From the NCBI GenBank assembly GCA_051294375.1, contig CM119271.1, forward strand, positions 5,817,991 through 5,881,990: 64,000 nucleotides of DNA, given 5' to 3'. Positions 1 through 11,500 of this stretch are shown here, piece by piece (within the stretch, counting starts at the first letter, position 1; every line of letters begins with the position of its first letter). Under the pieces are notes generated by a model. The model was not told the origin of the DNA. It ran no database searches and saw nothing but the letters and a program-made list of their open reading frames with translations. The translations under genes were made by a program, and so were the position numbers. Origin of the DNA: Paraspadella gotoi (Eukaryota; Animalia; Chaetognatha).

Positions 1-180
1 TGAAGACAGAGAGCGAGAGAGAGCGAGAGAGAGCGAGAGAGACTTGAGACCAAAAATTAACAAATATTCCGACGCAGAAAACAAGGATGAACGACGTTGC
101 GATCTCGTTGTGACGGAATCTTTCTTTGCGTGAAAATGGGACGCGCGTCGCGGGGAGCACGTGAATAAAAAAAATGACCC

Positions 181-188
181 GCGAAGAG

Positions 189-242
<54 letters not shown>

Positions 243-250
243 GAGAGAGA

Positions 251-306
<56 letters not shown>

Positions 307-347
307 GAGAGAGAGAGAGAGAGAGAGAGAAGAAGAATGAGAGAGAA
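181..347. repeat. (GA)n microsatellite, imperfect
   Basis: Visible GA dinucleotide run. It explains the RE/LS low-complexity ORFs at 57-488. Confidence 0.95.
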
Positions 348-3300
348 GAGGAGGATTCTGGCGCTATACCAGTAAATCGCGTCAGGTATCATCGTCGTCG
401 TCGCCGTCGTCGTCTCTATCGTCGTTTCCGTAGTCAAGTCAGGAGGTCGCGCGTTTCTTGCCGCAACTTACTCGCGTACGAAACTTGATTTAAACTTATG
501 AATTAAAATAATCTCTAGAAAAATATAATAATTGTTATTATAAAATTATTTTTAAAAAAACGGCGAAAAAAACTTATTATTGTTAGACAATAGAGAAATG
601 ACTTTGGAGCGCGTGAAGTTAATCATTCGTCGATTATTAGGCAACGGCATAAATTACTGAGTCAATAAGGGATTTTTGGCGAACTGATTGCAATTTACTG
701 TAAATACAAATGTAAACATGAGCGATTTAGCTGCAGTTGTTACGATTGCCGTTAAGTATGAAGTTAGTAGCAAATAGGTAAAAAAACTAAAATTCATTAT
801 AATTAGTTAATTAAAAATAAAGTTAATAACGCGATGGTTTTTCCCTAAAAAAGATTTTGAAACGAAAAAAAAAATGCTTTGGCGTGATAGAGGATAGTTG
901 CTTGTCGTCGTCATACTAAAATTTAGGAGAAAGATTTATTTTCCTGAAATTTGTAAAAATATTTTTATTTTTTTTGCTCCGGACTGAGAGGAAGGAGATA
1001 AAAAATTCCAGCATTCCCTTAACCGACCCATCTTCTTGATCTTACATTCTCATTCTCAGCCTGAAAGGTATACGGAGTAAAAAATATAAAATTCTTCGTA
1101 AAGAACGTAAAAAACGTACAAAAATATTAAAAAACGCAGACATTCCACAGCTTTTGAACATAGGAATTCCCTGGTTACCTTTTCCAATACGCCTCCCCTC
1201 TCTCTCTCTCTCTCGCCTCCCCGTGACGCAATAATGACGTCGTTCACGCGAGAGACGTAAAAAAACAATGGAGGCCTTTACGCAGGTCAGCAATGGAATC
1301 GTTGCAATGATTTGTCGTTTCCCCGAAGGAACGAATCGTGTTCAACAAGATCACTCCCACGTGCTTGATAAAAATTTTCCATTGTAGTAGGGGTAGCCCC
1401 ACTTAATGGGGTGAGTCAAAAATTTAGTGCAAGTACATGCTCAAAAGAAAATTTCTACTTTTTAAGTATACTTTCAATATTTATTTATATATAATTATAT
1501 AGGAAAGGCTAAAACTTTTTTTGAGAAATTTTAAAGCCAGATTCCGATAGCCCATAAAAATTTGTCTACACAAAGTATAATTTTTAAAAAAATATGGTTC
1601 AAAAATAATTATCATCATGATAATGATGATAATAATGATGATCATTTTATCTGTTTTTTTTTTTTACATTTTTACTAAGAAAACGTAAAAATTTTTAAAA
1701 GCTGCAATTATATTTTTTGTTGAACTTTTTATGCTCTATTAATTTTTTTTTAAATTTACCTAAGAGAAAATCTAAGTTTTTATTGAATTGTGCAACGAAT
1801 TTTATTTGTTCAGATACAGGCATGTTTCGGCTTGTAATGTTCAAGCCTTCATCAGCGTCTATTACATTTTTCAAAAACAAAATTCGTTGCACAATTCAAT
1901 AAAAACTTTGATTTTCTCTTAACTCATTAACACATTAAAGTTACCTATATAGTCATATAATAATTTTAATTAAGCTAGTACCAGCTAGTATCAGAAGAAA
2001 GCTTTTTTGAAAAAAAAAATTGTAACACTATAATATATGATCGTGATAGATTGTTTTAATGCCGTATACATTAGAATTTGCAGAAAAAATTATCTTTCCT
2101 TTCCCGACTCTCTGAAACCAAGCGATTGTTTTCAACTGTCTGTCTCTGTCTGTGACCGAGATTCCGAATCGACGTCAGACGCGTCGGACAGAACCTGGAT
2201 TTCGGTTTCCCTCAATAATGAATTGGGTTGATTGATTAATCTCCATCTGGGTTGAGCTAGGAGAACGAGAAGCGAGAGAGAGAGAAGGATAATTCTGATG
2301 TCGGAAATTGAGTGAGATGGTGTTTCAGAAGAGACGGAAATTGGTATAATATATGAGGCATGTTGGGCAAAAAGGTTTTTAGATAAATGATTTATCGTAG
2401 AATCAAAAACGCTGCGGTAAAAAAAAACAAAAAACATTAAAATGATTTCATTTACTTACCAATAGCGACTATTGAGTCTTTTAAACTATAAAAATAAAAT
2501 AACCAAGGCCAAGGCAAAACCTCGAACGAGGACGACCGGCGAATCGAGCCCTCGCTCCATTCATTCTCACGTGACACTGATTCTCACACTGAACCCATGT
2601 CGGTCTCCCTTTTTTCTTTCACCTCCTTTTTCTTGGACGTATTCCGCCGGGCTTCATTAGTCATTGTTCTCACTTCTCACATCGCAAGGACGAATCACCG
2701 TTTTCTATTTCATTGGTCACATATCTGTAATTCCGCGTACTCGATTTTATTAAAAATATTTTAATGAAATCATTTTGGAAAAAACAGATGGAACCAAAAC
2801 GTGAATTTTTTTTTTGAGAACTTATTTATTAAATTTTAATTTATTAAATTTTAATTTTTTGCATATTTACGAGAAAAAAATAATTTTATGAAAAACTTTC
2901 GTTAATTGATTGAAATAAAAAGGAGAAGTTGTCCAGTTAAGCAATAAAAAATTTAATTTTGTTGTATCATGTTATTTTTTAATAATAACCTTTTAACATC
3001 CAGCGACGCCCAAACATTTTGCTATTTCTTTAAATTACCAGAGTTGTGAAACTAATTTCAAATAGTAATTGTTGGCTATCGCCATCCTAACAAAATTTCT
3101 CCCCGTATTTTTGACCGGTTGTCTCAGTAACCATAGAATAATAACTGACGAAAAACTAGTTTTCCGTTTCGGTGTTCTTATCAGATTCTAAAAAATGCCA
3201 GTAGATGACATTCCAATAAACCTAACTAAACAAAAGTCAAAGCCAAACACAACTCCCTAATTGGATTAATGCTAGATCAATGAAAATAATGAATGGGATG

Positions 3301-4062
3301 ACACGGCAAAGCAATATAACTGTGTGGCACGCCGAACGCTCAAAAATTCACCGCGTGTAAACTCAAAATTCAAAGCACGAAATAGACCTATTAAATTCTT
3401 AACCAAACATTCCAGTTTTCGTTTTTTTTTTATAGTCATGTTCTTCAAATCCGCTAGAAGACCAAAACATCCGGCGAACAACGGAATAAGGACTCTGAAG
3501 TATCTGATAAACATCCAACGGATATTGGGGCTGGCGCGAAATCGCCCACAAGGGTCGAGTGTAACGGATACGATCGAGAGATCCATGAAAGGAACTCGCT
3601 CTCCGCCGCTTTTCTTTCGGGCCGTTTCTCTCTCCCTCTTTCTCATTCTAACCAAAACCGACGATTGGACGATGAAAACCATCTCTCACCCTCATATCCC
3701 CCGCACTCTGCTTTTCTCATCATCATAGAGAGAGCGAGACAGAGACGTTATAATCCCCGTTCTTTCTTTCGTCTTCGTGGTTGTCATCGAAGCAGCGAAG
3801 CCCCTATAATAATAAAAACGGATCCCACATACGGACCAGGGTTTCCTTTTTTTTCTCTCTACCCGCGAGTTTAAAAAAAAAAAAATCATCGACGAAACCA
3901 AAATGAAAATAAAAACCGAATGAGAAAAAAAATTGAAAATATTAATTGTAAAAGAAAAAAAATCCTCCACAAACATTAATAAAGTCTACAGTTCCGCGAC
4001 CCTCAAACAAAAAAACTTACAAAATTAATTAAATATTAAACAAATTTTCTTTCTCTTCCGCG

Positions 4063-5394
4063 ATGAACGTGGTCCTCGTTATGCTCTTCTTCGTGACGTT
4101 CAACGCCTTTCTAATCGCCGCAGCCGACGCCGAAGGTTTTTCTCTCTTCAAGAGCCACAAAGCTAAACTAGTCCGGTTTATTTCCAAAATGCGACAAAAA
4201 CATCGGACTTCGCAACGGCAGCAGCAGCAGCAGCGACCGCAGCAACAATTTCAAATGCCGCAGAAAGGAGAGAACAGTTTGGTTTGGGACAGGAGGTTGC
4301 AAAATATCGCGGGTAAGAAGGGAAGACGGTAGAATTTTCAATCGTAAAAAAACTGACTTCAAAGACTCACGTACGTACTATGAAGTCGGGAATAGTATCT
4401 ACCGAATGGGTTACCATTGACATTACATTACATTACATTAGCTTGAAAACATAAAAATTTATTTGACCACTTTCCTTTAAACATCACCTCCTCAGGATTA
4501 GAATGTCATTGCGCAATGATCTACTCGTCAACCCCGTTGCTTCCCCATTGGCCCTGGAAATGGGTTCGCCACTTCGCCGGCCTCGGTAACGGCCACCAGC
4601 GCCGCCTCTCTCCCCGAACCCGCGGGATTTTCGGCGTCGCCTTTAAAACGAAGACGATTGGATCGGACGTAGTCGCGTCGCAGTGGGGCGACTTGGAAGG
4701 GATCGTCGAAGGGTGGTTCGGTGACATCGATGTTGAGGACAGTTTCGGGACCCTCGGCGCCACGGAACGCCGACTTTTGCTCGAGGCGACCAGCGTTGGA
4801 TGCGCAATCTTTCCCACTTGTTTTTCTGGCGACGAAGAGGCGGGTCTCGTCACAGTGCTGACGTGCGTATTGGAGAAGGCCTCTAGCGCGAGTGAGGGAA
4901 ATTATGGATCGTCTTCGACTGCAAAAGACCGAGAAATCGAAACGCAAACGGCAACGGAAAAGCCGACGATATCGTTGGAGAATGAGAGCTTCGTGGAAAG
5001 CATGGATGATGGCAGCGGCGTCGTAGATGAACAGCTGCTGCTTCCGCGGTCTGAGTTTGGCTTCGAAAATTCTCATTTCGAAGTCGTCGAATCTCAAAAC
5101 CCCGGGGAACGGGCATCGTCATCGCCGGGTGACGGAACCACGGTTTCACCGCGAACGGAGAATTTAGAGGGAAACTTTCCGGCGACGAATCAATTTCGAA
5201 TAACCACCTCGACTCACCTGTCGATGGGGAAAGCGAGCCATCGGGAAGAACAAAAGCGCATCTTCACTTTAGGGACTCTGGATACTAACGTCTCTGGTGG
5301 CGCAAGCGAAAAGTTTCACGATTTGCAACAAAAGGCGAATGAAAACGTCGGCAGCGGTTTTGCGTCAGTGCAATATCGTGACATTTATATATAA
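4063..5394 (+). CDS. Secreted protein with signal peptide, divergent CAP/SCP (PR-1/CRISP-like) domain and Ser/Thr/Glu-rich tail; 2 exons, ~382 aa
   Basis: Exon 1 is 4063-4312 (donor G|GTAAG) and exon 2 is 4496-5394 (acceptor ctcag); the phase-1 join is in frame. The N-terminus MNVVLVMLFFVTFNAFLIAAADA looks like a signal peptide. Motifs LVWDRRLQNIA (cf. LxWDxxLAxxA), IVEGWFG (cf. VxxWxxE), ATSVGCAIFPTC (cf. TxxVGCAxxxC) and VLTCV (cf. VCxY) occur in CAP-domain order. Confidence 0.7.
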
Positions 5395-8300
5395 CTCGAC
5401 GGTACTTAAAAACGAGTAATTTATCATCAAATTTACTTTATTCTCATCTGGCATGCATAGAAACAAATCAATACATCACTGTCATTAAAAATCGTATCAT
5501 AATAAAGATTTTGCGATAATTTTTTTTTTAACTCATGGTATTTTTTTAACCACTGTAAAAGACACAGAGGAATAGAAACTAAATTGAAGTACATGAAAGA
5601 AAAACCCTTTTTTTAAAAAATAAGGTTTTCGACGAAACAGAGGAAGAATCACTTTTTAGACTAAAGGTCGACAAAATCACAAATATCAGTTGTTACGCTA
5701 AGGACGAAACATAAGAGTAAACAAAATGTTGACTAGATTCCAGTGTCCGTATACAAAACATCGTTTCAAAACAATACATCACGATACAATTGTGACTAGA
5801 GTCATAGTTTTTCTTGGTGTGAAAATAAAATATGTTCCCAAATTGAGCGGTTGTGTCATAATTGTAATAAAGATATATAAGTTCTATACTTTTTAATAAA
5901 ATATGCTATTAGAATTATCTCTAAATCAAAATTCGATTTAAAATGATGGCTAAATAGGTATAGACAATGGGTGGTTTTAATATCACATAAGTCTTTTGTG
6001 TTTTGACTTAAATTCACATTAGTAAGGAGAAGTGTGTTTTTATTTAACACCCAAGACGTGATTAACAATTATATTTGTATTTCTTGTTAACACAATTACG
6101 GGTAGAGTTTATCCAATAGGTTGAGTTATTTTATTTTAAATACTGGGTGATATTTTCGTTATTTCTATCCAAAGGTAACTACTAAAATTATTAGAGAAAT
6201 GCTAATGTCTTTCGAATGTGATTTAGGTCTGACGTTAATTTTGAAGAAATCCTTTTCAAACGATACTAAATTAGCAATCACCCATTCATCAAAATATATA
6301 ATTAGATACATAGCTACTAAACTACTATCGAGATAAAATATCTTTTATTAAACATTAAAATTTTTAAAATATATAAAAAAAAATTACAAGGTTAATGTTA
6401 TATATTAGCATACAAAATCTTCACACCAAGTTTTAGTTTAAAATAGATTATTATTAATTTTTACTTAGAAAAACAAATAAAATATACGTTGGCGTTAGGA
6501 TTCTTTTTTTAAAAATTCAAAATAAAAAATTAAATATTTAATTCTTATTACTTCTAGCTTCACGTAAATAATTTTTTTTTAAAAAAATTTAGATTTACCC
6601 CATGAATATATATATATATATGAATATACAAAAAATTTTTACCGTGAATTTTTATAAAAAAATATTTCCTAATTTAAAAATAGGTCTGAAAAAAATGTTT
6701 TCGTGTACATAATATTAAATCACAAAATTACTACATAACTATTAATAAATCTTTTATATTTCTCATAGATTTTTTGCAAAAAATCAAAAGCAATTGAATA
6801 ATCTGGTCATACCTAAAAGAGCAGTTGTCGCAAAGCTGATGATTGTGGCTTAGTGAATAATGCTAATTAAATACATTACAAAATATATATTATGAAAGCT
6901 AATAATTAAGTTTTAAAGAAAATTATTATTTTGAATTTTTTTATCCGCCTGAAGAGGTTTCGAAACGATTTGAAATATTACTTAAGAATAAGATAAAGGA
7001 AAATCTTGTGTAAATAAATACGAATTAGTACACCATTTGAGGCTTTTTTCTACATTTCGAAGTTAACAAAATTTTCGAGCATCAGAGTGTAAATAATAAA
7101 ATAATTTTTAAAAACGTACGTATCTTTAAAAAGTTTTATTTAAGCTTCTCGCGTTACTAGGTGATTATAGAATCATCAAGGACACACTGGGATAATTTCT
7201 ATGTAAACCATTAATTCACGAAAATAGGTTACAAGAAAATAATATTAATTTACTAATCAAGGAGTAAAACCCGAATCAACGAGAATTTTCAAATTATCAC
7301 TAAAGCGATGCATAATATCGGAAAAACTACTAAAGGAATCTTTTGTTTTGCGATATCGCAAAGATCCTATGTAGTCATATTTTAAAAAAAGAATATTTTA
7401 TTCAGCTCTTCTCTGCATCTTTATAGAATTAAATGTCCAAAAAATTTAGCACATTCTACGCTAAGCAAGAAGACAAAGTTTTTTTTTATAGTATAAGGTA
7501 TCCCTATTATACATGAGGATGCGAAATAAAAAAGCCATAGACTTGGGAGAAAAAAAAAACTTTAATGTTCATATCCATTTACGAATGACACCAATCAAAT
7601 CTTGATTATCAATAAACCAATGAAAAATTTGAAACATTTGAGACTACTGATTTTTTTTTTTTTTAAATCAAGATCCGATTAATATTTAATTTTACTTTAA
7701 AATAATTTATTGAAAAAAAAGACATTTGTAGACCGAGAGAAGGCGAGCACCTTCTATACAACCTCAAGCTATTGCCCGACATACACTATTTCATATCCTA
7801 TGTATATTAAATATTTTTATATGCAAAAGATTAATGAATATTATTTTTCATTAGAATTTGTAAATCGGCAAGATTAAAGTAAATTTGAAACATAAAATTC
7901 AATATATTAAATCTTGAAATACATAATTTAATAAACCTGTCAGTCGACATTTTTGGTATCACTCGTAATTGGACATCCGTTATTTTGTCAATAAGTTAAT
8001 TTTGAAAAAAAAAAAATCTTTAAGAATAATAATCGCGTATGCTTAGTAAGACAAAATTTCATCAACTACTAGCTTATTGATGGCGTGAGACGCCAACTCT
8101 GTTATAGCCCTTAAGAGTTGTGAGAATATCAATATCTTTTATCATTCTCATAACGAGAAAAGTTAAAAAGAGGTTGAGTTTATCTTGGGGGTAGTGAATT
8201 TGTTTTATCAACCTAATTACGTGAACATATTTAATCTTCTACATATTTTGTAAGAGCATGGATACTTTAAAAATAGATCGCTGTACTGCTGAGGTACTTT

Positions 8301-8580
8301 CATTAAATAACGAAAACTTTAAAATTTATTAGTTACGGACATTCTATTTTTAAATTAGCAATATTTGCTGGCAAAAAAATTTTAGCGAGTTTAATTCGGT
8401 TGCGCTCTTAAATAATAATATATAAATATTAATTTATAAATCCTCAATAACCTGAAAGTAAAAGAGAAACTTTTTTTTGTCGAAGAAAAATCGACGACTG
8501 GCAACGATAATTTTTTTTTTCTTTTTTCATTAGAGAAACTAATGATCTAAAAGAAAAATCTGGCACAGCACAGGTTTTCT

Positions 8581-11500
8581 TCAGAGTTGGTACCACTTCT
8601 TGTTTTTGTAGCGCAACATAATTTCGTGAGAGTTTTTCTTGAATTGCTCGGCTTCTAGCGCCATTTGTTCCGTCCTAAATTTTGGGAAAAATGAGGCTAG
8701 TTTTGGTCCTTGTTGTTTATTCATGTAATATAAAACCTTACTTGTCGTCCAAGTGACCAAGTTTTTCGCCTCTCTCGATGGCTTTCAATCTGGCGTCAGC
8801 GACGGCCGCGGCCGCACTGTTAGAATTGCTTTGTGCTGCTTGCATGTTTGCCTGAATAAAAAAATTACGAAGCTTTAATTTATTAAGTTCAATAATAGAT
8901 AACTTACAACGTCCCATACAAATAAAAAAGAAGCTAAAAGAACGTAATTCATGACGCGATTCTTAAGACGGGAAAACAGATAGGTTGGCCGACTTCCGGG
9001 CGGGAAAATACGCAGGCAGGTAGGCACTAGGCAGTCTTCCTCTAACCTTTGCTGCGAGGTGCCCGGGCTTGGGCGCGCCCCTTTGGTTCGGCGGAGGTTC
9101 GGTGCCAAATAACTCTTCGCGGTCGAGCGTCGACGTCCCGCCGGAGAAGAGGCCGCGGAAGAAACTCTGCTTCGGAGGCTCGGGCGCCTCCATGTCCGCT
9201 AGGAAGTAATCTCCAACCATGTCCTATTAAAAAGAAGTCTTGTTAGTTATGTATAGGAGAGTCGAAATTGTTTGATATTTTCGAGTTTCAAATCTATCTT
9301 TGTACTACGAACTTGAAATTTCTATAATTTTATTCATTTAGGTAAAAAGTTTTCACTCATTTAAATCTAATCCCATTTGTTCAACCACCTCGGAATTTAC
9401 ATCCGAAACGGACCTTGAGTTCGTAAATCATGTTCTCGGAGAAGCTTATCTTCTGAACTTCGGTCGGCGAACTCATGTAGATGGCGTGGCCGTTGAATGA
9501 GAAGGCAAAGGTCCTGAGGACGCGGATATCCACGGCGAAGGAAGGGAGGAAGTTGATGTCGAGCAGTGGGCGAAGACTGGGGATCGAGAGAGCGACAAGC
9601 TTTCCGTTGGAAACGCAGCACGCCAGCACCTGTGGAAGGAAGTAAGCAGAGAGATTTGATTTACCAATGTCGAATGAAATCAATAATCTGATAAAAATCA
9701 TAAAGTATCAATAATTCCAGTAGCAACCTGCGAGCCGTGAAAAGGAACAACCGCAGCCCGAGAAACGAACGACGTGGTGTCACCCGTTAAAGACGACAGT
9801 CGAACTTTCGCAGCGCAAGCCTGCGACGGCAACGCTACCACGCGCGCCTGGCGCTCCGAGCAAATGACGCCGTAATGCCCTTCGCCCTCCGTCGAACTGG
9901 AGCTGGCGCGTTGACGCGATGGAGGTGACGACGACGACGATAACGACGACGACGTCAGAGAATTTCCTGCACCATCGATGAAGCCCAGCGCTAAGATGGC
10001 GCCGCGCACGCGAACGCAGGTAGTGGTGATGGCGGCAGTGACGGCCCTGAGCCCGCGGTCGGCCGGCAGCATCGTCGTTACCACGCAGACAGCGCCGAGT
10101 GACGTGCCGACCCATAGTGACGGCGTTGGCGCAGCATCCCCTTTCCGGGGGAACGTGTCGACGAATTCGAGACAGGAGATGGACTCTTGGCTGACGACGG
10201 AATTGTCCAGGTGATGGTCGAGTTCGTCGACGGAGGAACTGCGAGACGGGAGATGAGAAATCTGCGAGGCGTTGTCCGAGACGGATCCGCCTCGGTCGCC
10301 GTCGCCGGCGCGTTTGCCCACCAGCGCCGGGCCCGAAGATTGCGGGGTCTCCGCCGACTCGGAAGGCGGGGTGGACGTACCGCCGCTGACGCCACCGCCG
10401 GCGGTGGCGCTCTTGGGAACGTTTATCAGAGCGCTCGAGACGCGTTTGCTAATCTTTTTAAACATGGACTTTCCAGTCTCCGTTCCTGTGGAGTCTTGGT
10501 CGTCCGAGTCTTCCCGAAGGTCCACTATGATAGAGTCTTGGCTCGGTTTCTTTCTGCCCTTTTCCTGACGATTAGAAAAAAAAAAAAAGGATAATGAGAA
10601 AGGTAATTAAAATTACTATAAAAGAAACAAAAATTTACGGAACATTTCTCAAACTAACCAAAAAATAAAAAGGCATCTTAAAACAAAAAAGGCTTTTTTC
10701 ATTAATAAAAGCAAACCCTGTTGGGATATAACAGCGTTACCGCCGACCTTGAGGCTGCCGCGACGGCCGCGGTCGTGTATCCGCGGCCGGTCCCGCGTCG
10801 TCGAAGGCGGAGAAATGTCGCGACGATGCGGTTTCGGCGAAGACTCGCGCGATCGGACGCCGTGCAGATGCTCGCAACTCGAGGGTCGAGCGTCGTCGGA
10901 CAGGTCGGACGGGGACTTCACTTTGCTAATTTGGTTATAAGGGGGGGGGTAAGGATTGATTAAGGAAACTGACTGCACGGGACTTGGAAAAATATACTTT
11001 ATGTTCTAATTTAAAAAAGTCTCGGAAGTCGACGCATCTTGATAATGATATACATTAAAACTCATGTATTTTTTTACTTTTATTGTTCGAATCCTTTTAA
11101 TGTTATTTTTTTTGGTTCTGATTTTAAATTCGTAGTATTAGTTTTTTTCACTCAGTTTTATTAATTGTATATTTTTTTTTTATTTTAAGAGTTTACATTT
11201 TTGATTTTGTTATTGCTGACAAAGAGCGCCATCTCTATCCCATCCTCTTCTCCACATTCCACCGCCCCCCCCCCCAAAAAAAAAACCTAGGACTGATCTT
11301 CTTCTGCGCGATTCTGCGGACGACGTTCTTTTTCTCCGTCGAAGCGTCGATCGAGTCCGACATGTTTTCGGGGATAGAGAGCGTCCCGGGCCGCTTCTCG
11401 CCCGCCTTGCCGTTGTGGTCGAGGTGGTGCGGGTGGTGAAGGTGGTGGTGGTGGCTGTTGTGGTCCTTGCCTCCCACGCCGCCCCGCGACCCGCGGTTGT

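Noticed and set aside
57-488. ORFs with RE/LS runs (also 34274-34666, 35135-35513, 48871-49116, 54929-55204, 56483-56728)
   Set aside because: Translations of GA/CT/TTTC microsatellites. Only 49045-49140 is a real exon.
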